A program made the position numbers and the translations under genes. The notes below the pieces were generated by a model that had not been told where the DNA came from, did no database searches, and saw nothing but the letters and a program-made list of their open reading frames with translations. This document shows positions 18,644 to 29,335 of a stretch of DNA of 64,000 bases, piece by piece (the first letter of the stretch is position 1; each line of letters opens with the position of its first letter). Source of the stretch: Nitrospinales bacterium (lineage in GTDB: Bacteria; Nitrospinota; Nitrospinia; Nitrospinales; VA-1); the NCBI GenBank assembly GCA_965223795.1, contig CBDCXL010000002.1, positions 2,624,001 to 2,688,000 of the forward strand, read 5' to 3'.

Positions 18644-20470
18644 TCAGCGGATCAGCTTGAACTTGGGATCTTCGAGGGAGCCGGTGACCTTGAAATGGGT
18701 CTCCAGCGGCTGCTTGCGCTTGGGGTTTTTGAGCCACTTGTCGAGGCCGGGCAGGGCGTTGGCCATGTCCTTGATGAGCTTGAGCGGCACGGCCTTGACC
18801 TTGGCCTGCACCTTGCCGGAGGGCAGGTCGGTGTTGCCCTTCACGTCGAGCGTCAACTGCGGTCCGTCGAGGGCGAGGTTGTCGGTGGCCACGAGGCCGT
18901 TTTTGATGTTGAAATCGCCGCCCAGGCGGTTGAACTCCAGCCGCGACTTTCTCTGCTCCTTCCTGGAAAACAGGTTGAGCACGGTGAGCAGCTTCTCCAT
19001 CTCGCCGACCTTTTCGATGCTGCCTTCCATCATCCTGAGCGTGAGGCTGCCCGACAGGCCGCGCGCGAAATGCGGCCTGGCTTTCGGCTTTTGCGGCGCG
19101 TTGAGGCTGCCGTCGAACACGCCCTCAAACTGCGCCGGGCCGGTGACGGCGGTTTTGAGGAAATCCTCGGCGCGCAGCTGGCTGCCCTTGAGTTTCAGGT
19201 GATAGGTTTTCGCGGGCGGTGCGTAGTTGCCGGAAAAATCGATCTCGCCGTGCTCCGGCCACAGTTTCCCTTCGCTGAGCGTGACGGCCTCCGGACTGGC
19301 GCGCACGAGGGTGCGGGCTTTCTGAAACGGGATGCCTTCGACGTTGAGATTGCGGATCTCGACTTTGCCCTCGGGCGCAAGCAGCGGGCCCTCGACGACC
19401 CGAAGCGTCGCTTCCTCCCACTGGTGGCGGGTGTGGTTGACGTTTATGAAAATCCGTTTGGCGGTGAGCGTGCCGGAACTCTTGAGCGCTTTTAAGTCCT
19501 CGGTCTTTGCGTCGAGCGGCAGGCCGCCGTGCACGCGCACGCTGCCGGACACCGTGCCGCGCAGGAATTTCCAGTCCGGGCTTTTGAGCGCGTCCGCCCT
19601 GGCGAGCTGCACTTTTTCCAGCGTGAAGGTGGAATCGAAACGCGCGCTTTCCCCGGTTGCGTCGAGGGTGGTCTTGCCTTTGCTGTGCAGCGTGCCCTGA
19701 TACAGGCTGCCCTTGAGTTCGTGCGTCCACGCGGGGTGCGCCCACGAAGCCTTGCCGTGCAGCACGGCGAAGCGGACGTTCTTTTTCTCGACGCGGAACC
19801 CGGCGTTGTTGATCTTGAACACGGATTTCGCACGGGCGCTGCGCCGGAGCGAGGCGAAATCCCGCGTTTCGCGCAAGGGCGCCTGGGCGTTGAGCGTCAT
19901 CCATTCGAGCTGGCCTTCGCGCAGCACACCGGGAAAGACGATTTTCGCCAGCTCGGGATGGGTGGATTCCAGCTTGTCCAGTGCGATCGGCCCGGCCTTG
20001 AGCTTCACCGTCACCTGCGCCCGCGGCGAGAACACGTTGGCAAGCCAGGCGGTGCCTTTGAACACGATGCCGTGCACATCGATCTCCACGCCCTTGAGTT
20101 CCGCGTCCACGTTGGGAAACGCCGGGGCCACGCCGGGCTTGAGCGACACCGGGAGCGGTGCGGGCCGGTCGGCCGCGGGATGGAGGTTGAGGCTGTCAAA
20201 GCGCACCCGCACGTTGTGCCATCCCAAATGATCGAGCGCAAGCCGGATGGCATCTTCCGGTGCCAGCGTGCGTGCGGTTTGCAATGCGGGCGTTGCCGAG
20301 GGAAACCATTTTTCCAGGCTGCCGCCGGCGGCCAGCAGGCAAACAGCGGCCAGCAGGCCGAAGAAAAGCGGTTTTCGTTTGTACAAGGCGGTTCGGGTTC
20401 GCTGCGGTGTGGACAATGAATTTCTCCGGTGCGTGGGTTGGGGCGGCGGGCAGGGACGCGTTGACTCCAT
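18644..20470 (-). CDS. AsmA-like C-terminal domain protein (start uncertain)
   Basis: N-terminal membrane anchor, beta-rich body, C-terminal LGGDFNIKNG...FKVTGSLEDPK. Confidence 0.75.
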   Translation of the reverse strand: MESTRPCPPPQPTHRRNSLSTPQRTRTALYKRKPLFFGLLAAVCLLAAGGSLEKWFPSATPALQTARTLAPEDAIRLALDHLGWHNVRVRFDSLNLHPAADRPAPLPVSLKPGVAPAFPNVDAELKGVEIDVHGIVFKGTAWLANVFSPRAQVTVKLKAGPIALDKLESTHPELAKIVFPGVLREGQLEWMTLNAQAPLRETRDFASLRRSARAKSVFKINNAGFRVEKKNVRFAVLHGKASWAHPAWTHELKGSLYQGTLHSKGKTTLDATGESARFDSTFTLEKVQLARADALKSPDWKFLRGTVSGSVRVHGGLPLDAKTEDLKALKSSGTLTAKRIFINVNHTRHQWEEATLRVVEGPLLAPEGKVEIRNLNVEGIPFQKARTLVRASPEAVTLSEGKLWPEHGEIDFSGNYAPPAKTYHLKLKGSQLRAEDFLKTAVTGPAQFEGVFDGSLNAPQKPKARPHFARGLSGSLTLRMMEGSIEKVGEMEKLLTVLNLFSRKEQRKSRLEFNRLGGDFNIKNGLVATDNLALDGPQLTLDVKGNTDLPSGKVQAKVKAVPLKLIKDMANALPGLDKWLKNPKRKQPLETHFKVTGSLEDPKFKLIR

Positions 20471-20575
20471 CCACCATACCTTTCAATTTACCGCAAAGGG
20501 AAGCGGATTTCAGTAAGCTTTATAATAATCAATATGTTATGATTGTGCCAACGATCCCGAAAAAAGTTCCCCCGC

Positions 20576-21865
20576 ATGGAATTTTCAGGCACGATCCGCA
20601 AAATCCTGCTCGTTCTCGTGGCCCTCACATTGGTGGTGTGGGCCTTCACCGTCGGCCCGCTTTCCCCCCTGTTGAAGAAATTCACCGGCAATCCTACCCG
20701 GCCTCTGCAGGCTGAAAATTTCAAGTTCACTCCGGTGACGCGGCAGGACATCCACCGGAAAGTGCTGGCCACCGGCTCGGTGACGCTCAAGACCGGCGCC
20801 GAGGTGAAGATCGGTGCGCGCATTTCCGGCAAGGTGAAGGAGCTCAAGGTGCAGATCGGCGATTTCGTCAAGGAGGGCGACCGCATCGCCGTGATCGAGC
20901 ACGAAGACCTGCTGGCGCGCGTGGCGCGGTTCAAGGCGGACCTGCGCGCCGAGCAGGCGAGGCTCATCAAGATCCGCGAGGAAGGCCCGCTGGAGATCAA
21001 CAAGGACAACGCGGAGCTTGAGGAGCAGCGCGTTCAGCACGCGATGGCGCAAAAGATGTACAAGCGCAACCTGGAACTCAGCGCCAAGGGGTTCGTCTCC
21101 ACGACGGCGGTGGACGAATGGCACGAAAAGGTCGAGGTGCTGAAGGCGAAGATCCGACTGGCGCAGGAAGAACTGAAACTGCAGGAAGCGCGGCTGCAAA
21201 ACGACATCCGCCTGGCCGAGGCGATGGTGGAAAAAGCCCGCGCCAACCTGAAAGAGGAACAGACGCGGCTCACCTACGCCAAGATCGACGCGCCCATCTC
21301 CGGCGTGGTGGCGTTCATCTCCACCCAGGAGGGCGAGACCGTGGTGGCGAGCCTGAGCGCGCCGACGTTCGTGACGCTGATCGATCTGCTGAAACTGGAA
21401 GTCACGGTGTTCGTGGACGAGACCGACATCGGTCAGGTGAAAGTGGGGCAGCAGGCGCGCTTCACGGTGGACGCCTATTCGGACAAATTCTTTGACGGCG
21501 TGGTGCGCGACATCCATCCCAAGGCGGTGATCAAGGACAACGTGGTGAATTACGAAGTGATCCTCGACATCGACCCGGAGAACATCGCGCTGCTCAGGCC
21601 GGAGATGACGGCGAACGTGGTCATCACCACCGGCACGCGTAAGGATGTGCTCACGCTTCCCAAGGAAGCGGTGAAGCGCAAGGGCAAGCAGACCTTCGCG
21701 GTGGTGCAGGCGGGCGGCGGGCTTGCGGAAAAAGCCATCGAGACCGGCTGGCGCGAGGCGGGCCGGGTGGAGATCGTCAGCGGCCTGGAAGAGGGCGAGC
21801 AGGTCGGCGTGCCCGTCAAGCCCAAGGTGGACGAACGACGGCGCGGCCGCCCGCGGCGGCGGTGA
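20576..21865 (+). CDS. MacA-like periplasmic adaptor
   Basis: VKIGARISGKV, coiled coil, APISGVV, VDETDIG, LRPEMTANV. Confidence 0.92.
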   Translation: MEFSGTIRKILLVLVALTLVVWAFTVGPLSPLLKKFTGNPTRPLQAENFKFTPVTRQDIHRKVLATGSVTLKTGAEVKIGARISGKVKELKVQIGDFVKEGDRIAVIEHEDLLARVARFKADLRAEQARLIKIREEGPLEINKDNAELEEQRVQHAMAQKMYKRNLELSAKGFVSTTAVDEWHEKVEVLKAKIRLAQEELKLQEARLQNDIRLAEAMVEKARANLKEEQTRLTYAKIDAPISGVVAFISTQEGETVVASLSAPTFVTLIDLLKLEVTVFVDETDIGQVKVGQQARFTVDAYSDKFFDGVVRDIHPKAVIKDNVVNYEVILDIDPENIALLRPEMTANVVITTGTRKDVLTLPKEAVKRKGKQTFAVVQAGGGLAEKAIETGWREAGRVEIVSGLEEGEQVGVPVKPKVDERRRGRPRRR

Positions 21866-21879
21866 GAATTGCTAATGAC

Positions 21880-22509
21880 TCACGGAATCTTCAGCAGTTC
21901 CTTGTACTTCACGCCTTTGGCGTAGTCGATGATGGTGTCCCGGTCCACCTGCCGTCCCTTGACGGTGACCATGTAGCGCTTCTTGACGACGACGTTGGCC
22001 TCGCCGCGTTCCCGTTTATCCTGGTACTTGACGACGGCCTTGTGTCCTTTGATGCGCTCCAGCTGGCCCTGGCCGTCGCCGCCCTGGGCGAACATGGGGT
22101 TGGTCAGCATCATCAGGGTGCTCTGGATCATCGGCGAGTCCGCGGCGATGGTGATCTCGATGTTGCTGCGGTCCTTTTTGTATTTCTGGGTCACGATGAT
22201 GCCGCCGCCGAGAAAGGCGGCTCCCGCCGACTGCACTTTGGCCTTCTCGGCTTCCCATCCATCCAGCGCTTCGGGCATGCCCACGAGCAGCAGCTCGCCT
22301 TTTTTCTGCCGCGTCTTCTGGGCGGCGTAGCCGAACATCTCCGCCGCTTCGGTGTACTGCTCGTCCTTGTACAGCTCGATCGCTTCCTGGACGGCATCCA
22401 GCACGTCGTCCTTTTCTTTCTTCTCTTCGGCGGCCGGGAGCGCGGCCGGCAGTGCCAGCAGCAGTATAACGAAGGACGCAATGATTACGGAATGGATGGG
22501 GGATCGCAT
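21880..22509 (-). CDS. hypothetical exported protein
   Basis: Signal peptide; AGGAG RBS; host-like codon use. Confidence 0.8.
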   Translation of the reverse strand: MRSPIHSVIIASFVILLLALPAALPAAEEKKEKDDVLDAVQEAIELYKDEQYTEAAEMFGYAAQKTRQKKGELLLVGMPEALDGWEAEKAKVQSAGAAFLGGGIIVTQKYKKDRSNIEITIAADSPMIQSTLMMLTNPMFAQGGDGQGQLERIKGHKAVVKYQDKRERGEANVVVKKRYMVTVKGRQVDRDTIIDYAKGVKYKELLKIP

Positions 22510-22954
22510 GGTCGCTCCTTACCTTTCTTGTTGAGCCGGGGCCGCCTCGTGGAACGCGACACGACTCCGGGACGATGCAGGCTTGAATCCATCAGGGCCT
22601 GTGTTCAATTGGGTTTTCGCTGTTTCCGGTGTGTGTCAAGATACCGTTTCCGGAGCCTTGAGACAACCCTTTTGCTCCGCTATTTGGACCCCGCCGCGCA
22701 TTCAAAATGAAATTCTCCAGCTTCGGATAGGCGGAGCGCGCATCCCGAATCCGATAGTCTCTGAAAAACGTGCGCTCCCTCGAAAGAATCGGCCCCCTAT
22801 GCCGTTTGGGGTCCGGAACCCCGCCCGTATTTTTTGAAAAGAAATTTCTGTGTGCCGCGGCCGCTCCCGCGCGTTCCCGTGCCGCGCTTTCTGCAAGCAC
22901 GTGGGTTATACTGGAACGGCCGGTGTCGTGAACCTGAGCAGCGAGTTTCGATCC

Positions 22955-23683
22955 ATGCCCCTCATCGAGATGATCTCGATCTCCAAAGTCTACACAAACG
23001 CCGAGATGGAAGTGCCGGTGCTCAAAGACGTCTCGCTCACGATCGAAGAGGGCGAGTACGTCAGCATCATCGGTCCTTCGGGCGCGGGCAAGAGCACGCT
23101 GATGACGATCATGGGCTGTCTCGCGCTGCCGACTTCGGGGCTGTACGTCCTCGACGGCGAAGAGGTGGAACGCGTGGGCGACAAGGAACTGTCGCGCATC
23201 CGCAACGAAAAGATCGGTTTCGTGTTTCAGGCGTTCCACCTGCTGCCGGGCGTTTCGGCCCTCGACAACGTGATGATGCCGCTTCTGTACAGCCACCGGG
23301 TACCGAAAGACGCGCGCGAGCGCGCCGAGGCAGCGCTGACGCGCGTCGGGCTTTCGCACCGGCTCAACCACACGCCGGGCCAGCTTTCCGGCGGCGAGCA
23401 GCAGCGCGTGACGATCGCGCGCTCGCTCATCAACCATCCCAAGATCATCCTCGCGGATGAGCCGACGGGCAACCTGGATTCGAAAAACGGCGCCGAGATC
23501 ATGAACACCTTCGATCAGCTCAACCGCGAGGGCACGACGGTGATCCTCATCACGCACGAGGCGGAGGTGGCGCAGCGCGCCCGGCGCATTCTCACCATCA
23601 AGGACGGACAGATCGAATCGGACCGGAGCCATGCGGATCTTCAGGAATCTCGGCCAGGCCCTGAGCGGACTGCGCTTCAATAA
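22955..23683 (+). CDS. MacB/LolD-type ABC ATP-binding protein
   Basis: [28 protein letters not shown]. Confidence 0.95.
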   Translation: MPLIEMISISKVYTNAEMEVPVLKDVSLTIEEGEYVSIIGPSGAGKSTLMTIMGCLALPTSGLYVLDGEEVERVGDKELSRIRNEKIGFVFQAFHLLPGVSALDNVMMPLLYSHRVPKDARERAEAALTRVGLSHRLNHTPGQLSGGEQQRVTIARSLINHPKIILADEPTGNLDSKNGAEIMNTFDQLNREGTTVILITHEAEVAQRARRILTIKDGQIESDRSHADLQESRPGPERTALQ

Positions 23684-24842
23684 AGCCAACACCCTGCTGA
23701 TGACGCTGGGCGTGGTCATCGGTATCGCCTCGCTCACGATCATCGTCGCCATCGGCGAGGGCACGAAGGCGAGGGTGCTCAACCGCATCACCAACCTGGG
23801 TTTCGGCCCGGATTCGTTCTCCGTGTACGCGGGCGCGGGCCGTCTGTTTTTCGCGCGCGCCAAAGCGCCCACCAGCCTCACGCTTCAGGACGCGGACGAC
23901 ATCCGCGCGCTGTCCTCCGTGCGCCTGGCGGTGCCGCGGCAGCGGGTGCGCACGCGCGTGATCCACCGCAGGGACTTCACCGACACGCGCGTCTACGGCG
24001 CGACGCCGGAATGGCAGATCGCGCGCGGCTGGGCGCTCAGCGACGGCGCGTTTTTCACCGACCGGGACATGGCGCAGAAGCGGCGGGTGGTCGTGCTGGG
24101 CGCGACGCCGGCGCGCAAACTGTTCAAGGGACAGGACCCCATCGGCAAGACGATCCGCATCCAGGGCGTGTTTTTCAAGGTGATCGGGCTTTTGGAAGAA
24201 AAGGGGCTCACCGAGAGCGGCTACGATCCGGACGACCGCAGCATCGTGCCGCTCACCACGTCCATGTCGCGGCTGCTCAACCAGACCCACCTGCACAGCA
24301 TCAAGGTGATGACGTTCGACCCCGCGCTGGTCCCCGAGACGATGGACAACATCCGCGCCATCCTGCGGGAGAATCACAACCTGTCGCCGCTGGCGGAAGA
24401 CGATTTCCGTTTCGTCACGCCGCAGGGCATCATGGAATGGGTGACCGAATCGAAACAGGCGCTCAACCGCATGCTGATCCTCATCTCCACGGTGTCGCTG
24501 CTGGTGGGCGGCATCGTCATCATGAACATCCTGCTGGTCTCGATCCGCGAACGCATCCGCGAGATCGGCATCCGCCGCTGCTTCGGTGCGCGGCGCTCGG
24601 ACATCACGCAGCAGTTCCTGTTCGAATCCATTTTCGTTTCCCTGCTGGGCGGTGTGCTGGGGATCGCACTGGGGCTCGCGCTTTCGTTTGCGCTCAAACG
24701 GTTCGACATCCTGCCGACGCAGATCACCTGGGAGCCGTTCGCGCTGGCGTTTTTGTTTTCCACGCTCATCGGCCTCATCTTTGGCATTCAGCCGGCGCGC
24801 AAAGCGGCGCAGTTGAGTCCGGAGGAAACTTTGCGGGGATAG
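23631..24842 (+). CDS. MacB-type ABC permease
   Basis: LGVVIGIAS, VGGIVIMNI, ERIREIGIR. Confidence 0.93.
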   Translation: MRIFRNLGQALSGLRFNKANTLLMTLGVVIGIASLTIIVAIGEGTKARVLNRITNLGFGPDSFSVYAGAGRLFFARAKAPTSLTLQDADDIRALSSVRLAVPRQRVRTRVIHRRDFTDTRVYGATPEWQIARGWALSDGAFFTDRDMAQKRRVVVLGATPARKLFKGQDPIGKTIRIQGVFFKVIGLLEEKGLTESGYDPDDRSIVPLTTSMSRLLNQTHLHSIKVMTFDPALVPETMDNIRAILRENHNLSPLAEDDFRFVTPQGIMEWVTESKQALNRMLILISTVSLLVGGIVIMNILLVSIRERIREIGIRRCFGARRSDITQQFLFESIFVSLLGGVLGIALGLALSFALKRFDILPTQITWEPFALAFLFSTLIGLIFGIQPARKAAQLSPEETLRG

Positions 24843-24847
24843 GAAAA

Positions 24848-25192
24848 CAGGGGACAGGATGAAAAATGGATAAAACCGGGAAAGCGGGTCTTGCGCAACA
24901 CCCGCAGGGTGCCGCCGCAAAGCCGCCAAGAAAAGCAAAAGTCAGGGTAAAAGAAAAGTATGAAATAGGTTGGATGGAGAAAGGGAAAAGCAAAAGATGG
25001 ATTGAACCGCAAAGGCGCAAAGTACGCAAAGAGTCGAAGGGCTTTCGCAGTACGTTATTCCATAATTAGAAATTTTGAAAGTTCTCCTCACACTCCATCC
25101 CCCGGCAAACTCAAGGTGAACTTATTTCGGTTTTATCCGATTTCATCCTGTTCCCTGCTTTTCTTTGCGCCCTTTGCGTCTTGGCGGTTCAA
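24848..25192. repeat. composite interleaved inverted-repeat cluster
   Basis: A (24848-24878) pairs with A' (25128-25157); B (25002-25032) pairs with B' (25162-25192); extra B-like copy at 24911-24941. Confidence 0.85.
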
Positions 25193-25287
25193 ATTTCTTT
25201 GAGTTTTTTGACTCATCGAGAGGACCGGTGCTTGTTTTAAAGATTTTTAAAAATCGGGTTCAACCGCTGGAATATTGATGAAACACG

Positions 25288-26508
25288 ATGAAACTCACCA
25301 CTTCCATTGAAATCGTGATGATGGCGCTGAAGGTGCAGAAGAGCCGCACGTTTCTGGCGTCTCTGGGCGTGATGATCGGCATCGCCTCGGTGATCGTGAT
25401 GGTGGCGATCGGCAAGGGATCGCAGCAGGAGGTGATGCAGGTGATCGCGCGCATGGGGGAGAACCTCATCACCGTCAGCGCCGGCGAGATGAAGCGGCGC
25501 GGCGGCCGGCTTTTGCTGACAGGCGTGGTGACCACGATGAACCTGAAAGACGTGGACGCCATCGTCCGCGATGTGCCGGGAGTCGCGAAAGCGGCGCCGT
25601 TTCAGAGCCAGCAGATGCAGGTGAAATTCGGCAACCTCTCCGCCGAGACGCAGGTCTCCGGCTCCTCGCCGGATTTTCTTGCCATCCGCAACTACCGCAT
25701 CGCGCGCGGCGAAGCGTTCACCGAAGAGGATTCCCGTCTCACCCGCCGGGTGGCCATCCTCGGCGAGACCACGGTGAAGAACATCTTCGGGGAAGAGGAC
25801 CCGATCGGGCAGACGGTGAAGATCCATTTCATCCCGTTCACGGTGATCGGGGTGTTCGAACCGAAAGGGCTCGACACCAACGGCACCGATCAGGACGACA
25901 TCCTGCTCATCCCGGTCCGTACCATGATGCGCCGCATCCTCAACCAGAAGCACATCACCACGCTTTATGTGCAGGCGGCGTCGCGCGATGCCATCGATCC
26001 GGTGATCGCGGGCATCCGCGCGGTGCTGCGCGAGCGGCACCGGCTGCGCGGCGAGCAGGAAGACGATTTCACCATCGTCAGCCAGCTGGAGATGGAAGCG
26101 CTGAAGCAGGAGACCACCGAACTGTTCACCCGGCTGATCGTCGGCGTGGCGGCGATCTCGCTGGTGGTGGGCGGCATCGGCATCCTCGCGGTGATGCTGA
26201 TCTCGGTCAAGGAACGCACGCGGGAGATCGGCATCCGGCGGGCGGTGGGGGCGACGCGGGGCAACATCGTGCGGCAGTTTCTGCTGGAATCGGTGACGAT
26301 CGCGCTTTTGGGCGGCGGCGTCGGCGTGGCTTCGGGCGTCGGCATCACGCTGGCGCTCACCCACTGGGGGCCCTGGACGCTGGTGCTGGACTGGTTCTGG
26401 GTGTTCCTCGCGGTGGCGATCTGCGCGCTGATCGGCATGCTGTTCGGGATCGCACCCGCGGTCAAGGCGTCGCGGCTGGACCCGATGCGGGCGCTGACCG
26501 TCGAATGA
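25288..26508 (+). CDS. MacB-type ABC permease (second)
   Basis: LGVMIGIAS, VGGIGILAVM, ERTREIGIRRAVGA. Confidence 0.93.
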   Translation: MKLTTSIEIVMMALKVQKSRTFLASLGVMIGIASVIVMVAIGKGSQQEVMQVIARMGENLITVSAGEMKRRGGRLLLTGVVTTMNLKDVDAIVRDVPGVAKAAPFQSQQMQVKFGNLSAETQVSGSSPDFLAIRNYRIARGEAFTEEDSRLTRRVAILGETTVKNIFGEEDPIGQTVKIHFIPFTVIGVFEPKGLDTNGTDQDDILLIPVRTMMRRILNQKHITTLYVQAASRDAIDPVIAGIRAVLRERHRLRGEQEDDFTIVSQLEMEALKQETTELFTRLIVGVAAISLVVGGIGILAVMLISVKERTREIGIRRAVGATRGNIVRQFLLESVTIALLGGGVGVASGVGITLALTHWGPWTLVLDWFWVFLAVAICALIGMLFGIAPAVKASRLDPMRALTVE

Positions 26509-26528
26509 TCTTTCGATATCAATTTTTT

Positions 26529-26562
26529 GTCATGCTGAGCCCTTCGGCAAGCTCAGGGTGAC
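26529..26562. repeat. REP-like palindrome, family C
   Basis: GTCATGCTGAGC...GCTCAGGGTGAC hairpin; related copies at 43560, 43861 and 49516. Confidence 0.8.
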
Positions 26563-26620
26563 TGTTCGACGAATAGGGAGAAAAGACGGCGGGGGAGGGG
26601 ATTCTTCCGCAGTAGCCAAA

Positions 26621-26658
26621 AATAAAAAGCCCTTCCCAACTGGGGAAGGGCTTTATTT
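26621..26658. terminator. bidirectional intrinsic terminator
   Basis: AAAGCCCTTCCC-AACTG-GGGAAGGGCTTT between convergent genes. Confidence 0.85.
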
Positions 26659-26677
26659 CGAACCGTGACGGTTTAAA

Positions 26678-27142
26678 TCAGAATCCCAGTCCGCCGTGGT
26701 TGGCGGCCACCATACAGACCAGCATGGGCAGCGACAGCCAGGCGTTGGTGCGGCTGGCGAGAAACGCATGGCGTTTCGCTTTGTTCAAGGCGTCGCCTTC
26801 CAGCTCGCCGGCGATGATCTTTTTCTGGTTCGGCCAGATGATGAACCAGACGTTGCCGGCCATGATGATTCCCAACAGCATGCCCACCATGATGAGCCCG
26901 CTGGGGATGCCTTCCACCACGCCGCGGCCGGCGATGTAGTAGGCGATGCCGGTGATGACGGTCCACAATGCCGCGTGCCTGAACAGAAACAGTGCTCTCG
27001 GAAGGATGATCTGGGTGTAGGCTTTGGCCGCGCCCGCTTCGGTCATTTTGGGCATGGACTGAACCTGAACCAGATTGAAGAAATACAGCAGACCGATCCA
27101 CAAAATTCCGAACAGTACGTGAAGAAATTCGTATACCCACAT
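26678..27142 (-). CDS. PuuD (Urate_ox_N)-like membrane protein
   Basis: HVLFGILWIGLLYFFNLVQ, IMAGNVWFIIWPNQKK, SRTNAWLSLPML. Confidence 0.85.
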   Translation of the reverse strand: MWVYEFLHVLFGILWIGLLYFFNLVQVQSMPKMTEAGAAKAYTQIILPRALFLFRHAALWTVITGIAYYIAGRGVVEGIPSGLIMVGMLLGIIMAGNVWFIIWPNQKKIIAGELEGDALNKAKRHAFLASRTNAWLSLPMLVCMVAANHGGLGF

Positions 27143-27376
27143 AAAGATTCCCGTGCCTTTCTATAAAATGGTTAATTTCCGTTTTCGATCCGCGAATGCA
27201 TTGGCGAGGCGATCCATCAATCGTTTCAGGCAATTCTGGATTAAAAAATTGGATGAAGCAAATAGATCAAGGATTCAGCAATTATTAAATTTTTTTCATT
27301 TTACCGTCAATTGGCCCGGAAGGCCAATTTTTTGAAGTGCTTTTCCCTGAGCGAGCGGCGTCGAGAACGGCGGCGC

Positions 27377-27718
27377 TCATTTGAGAAGAAGAAAATACAG
27401 CAGCACGCTGAGGGTGACGATGTTCAATATCAACAGAAACAGGGTCCATGCGAACACCCGCGGGCGCGGACCGGGGGCATGGGGGCCTGCGGCGTTTGCG
27501 GGTGCGGGTCCGCGGGTTTCGGCCTGTGCTTTGAGCTTTTCGTTTTCCTGGATGAGCGCGGCGTTTTCCGTCTTCAGGGTTTCGAGGCGGTCCTGCAATT
27601 GTAGCCGCTCCACCTTGAGCTGCTTGGACTTCTGGATTTCGCGCTGCAACGCGGCTTCCGGACCCAGGGTGACGCCGTCGTCGTCCATCGGTTCGTTCCA
27701 GGAGTTGTCGGGTTCCAT
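27377..27718 (-). CDS. hypothetical coiled-coil protein with C-terminal TM helix
   Basis: Heptad-rich helix followed by a hydrophobic tail. Confidence 0.7.
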   Translation of the reverse strand: MEPDNSWNEPMDDDGVTLGPEAALQREIQKSKQLKVERLQLQDRLETLKTENAALIQENEKLKAQAETRGPAPANAAGPHAPGPRPRVFAWTLFLLILNIVTLSVLLYFLLLK

Positions 27719-27841
27719 GCGCCCATGATAGGTGTTTTGCCCGCGGCGCGAAAGGGAAAACCACCGGCCCTGGACGTGCGGGTACCAGGCGGTATTTTGC
27801 TCGTTCGGGCGCGAGCGCGGGCCTCAAACCGTGTGAACCCA

Positions 27842-27884
27842 CCCCCTCACCTTAATCCTCCTCCCCACTGGGGGGAGAGGGGGA
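27842..27884. repeat. REP-like palindrome, family D
   Basis: CCCCCTCACCTTAATCCTCCTCCCC-ACT-GGGGGGAGAGGGGG; related copies at 43543-43620 and 43735-43761. Confidence 0.75.
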
Positions 27885-28011
27885 AAACCATTTTGCAGGT
27901 GAACGCTCATCTGTATACAGGGCCTGACGCCGCTGCGCTCGTGGTGTGAGGCAAGGTGGCTGTTCTTGCTGAAGACTTCCGGAACTTCGGGCCGTAAGGG
28001 ATGGGATTTGT

Positions 28012-28953
28012 TCAGACCATGACTTTCTGGAAGCGGTCGCTGGCTTCCTTAAGCCGGTCTAAGTGCTGGTGGGAGAGGACGAGATCCCCGGCGGGAGCGA
28101 ATTCCTCGATCTGCTCGGCTTTTCTCGACCCGACGACGGCGGTGAGGATGTTCTCCTGGGCGATCACCCAGGCCAGCGCCACTTCGATGGGATTGCGGCT
28201 CAGTTCGGAAGCGATCTCGCGCACGGTTTCATACACTTCCATCGCCGGCGTGTGGAGGGGTTCGTTGTAGAACTTGTTGTTGCGGCGGACGGGAAAATCC
28301 TGCGCCTCCTTGCCCAGCCGTCCGGCGAGTAGTCCCTGCGCCGTGGGGGAAAACGCCATGTAGCCGAGGCCCGCCTCTTTGCACAGCGCGCGGGTTTCGC
28401 CTTCGTACCTTCTTTCCAGCAGGCTGTAGGGCACCTGATTGACCGAATAAGTTTTAAGCCCGTCACCCAGCAGCCTGAGATCCCGTTCGTGGAAATTCGA
28501 GAGCCCCACCGTTTTGGCCTTGCCGCTTTCCTTGAGGCTCTGCATGCATTCGGTGAGCCGGGCGCTCTTTTCGGCGCTGTCGAAATAGCCTCCCGGCCAG
28601 TGGATGAGATACACGTCCACGTAGTCCCGGCCCAGCGCGCGCAGGGTGTCTTCCAGATGCTCCGCGTAGCTTTCCGGTGAAAGCGCGGCGTCGGGCCAGA
28701 TTTTCGAGATGATGACGACCTCGTCCTTCCTGCGGCCCAGCGCCTTGCCGAGACGGCGTTCGGATTCTCCGTCGCCATAGCCCTCGGCGGTGTCGAAGGC
28801 GGTGATGCCGCTGTCGAGGGCGGCTTTCACGGCGGCGTCCGCCTCGGCGGGCGTGCACACGTCTCCCCATCCCGCGCTGGGGGCGATCTGCCAGCAGCCG
28901 AAGGTGAGCACACTCCAGGGTTTGTCCACGCCGGGACAGGTGTTGTGCTGCAT
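28012..28953 (-). CDS. aldo/keto reductase
   Basis: FDTAEGYG, DVYLIHWP, GLSNF, SPTAQGLL. Confidence 0.95.
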   Translation of the reverse strand: MQHNTCPGVDKPWSVLTFGCWQIAPSAGWGDVCTPAEADAAVKAALDSGITAFDTAEGYGDGESERRLGKALGRRKDEVVIISKIWPDAALSPESYAEHLEDTLRALGRDYVDVYLIHWPGGYFDSAEKSARLTECMQSLKESGKAKTVGLSNFHERDLRLLGDGLKTYSVNQVPYSLLERRYEGETRALCKEAGLGYMAFSPTAQGLLAGRLGKEAQDFPVRRNNKFYNEPLHTPAMEVYETVREIASELSRNPIEVALAWVIAQENILTAVVGSRKAEQIEEFAPAGDLVLSHQHLDRLKEASDRFQKVMV

Positions 28954-28954
28954 G

Positions 28955-29272
28955 CTACCTCATGATGAAGGTGATGCGCCTGCGCTGGACCCGGCCGGGC
29001 GCGTCCTGCTGAAACGGGGGATCGTCCATTTCGTCCACCCATTCAATCGGACGGGGCTGGTCTTTGAGCTTCCAGATGCGGTAACTCAGAACGAGGGCGG
29101 AGACCCCTGCGAACAGAATGAAAAACGCGATCAGAAACGCGATCAGCGTCGGAAAGACGAATATCAGCACCGCCAGGGCCGTCAAAAAGGCGCCGGTAAA
29201 AAACACGCCTCTTCTCAAAGACTTGTAACCCTGATCGATTATATCGTTGGAATGACCCCAATTGTGGCTCAT
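28955..29272 (-). CDS. hypothetical membrane protein
   Basis: AAAGGAG RBS; two TM segments. Confidence 0.8.
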   Translation of the reverse strand: MSHNWGHSNDIIDQGYKSLRRGVFFTGAFLTALAVLIFVFPTLIAFLIAFFILFAGVSALVLSYRIWKLKDQPRPIEWVDEMDDPPFQQDAPGRVQRRRITFIMR

Positions 29273-29335
29273 GACAACTCCTTTCTGAAAGGCTACGAGC
29301 CCTTCGCTAATATATGGGATCGGAAAGGGGTTTTG

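Noticed and set aside
25098..25125. c-di-GMP-I riboswitch (GGCAAAC...)
   Set aside because: The downstream GACGCAAAG and second stem are missing; it fits better as a degenerate family C repeat
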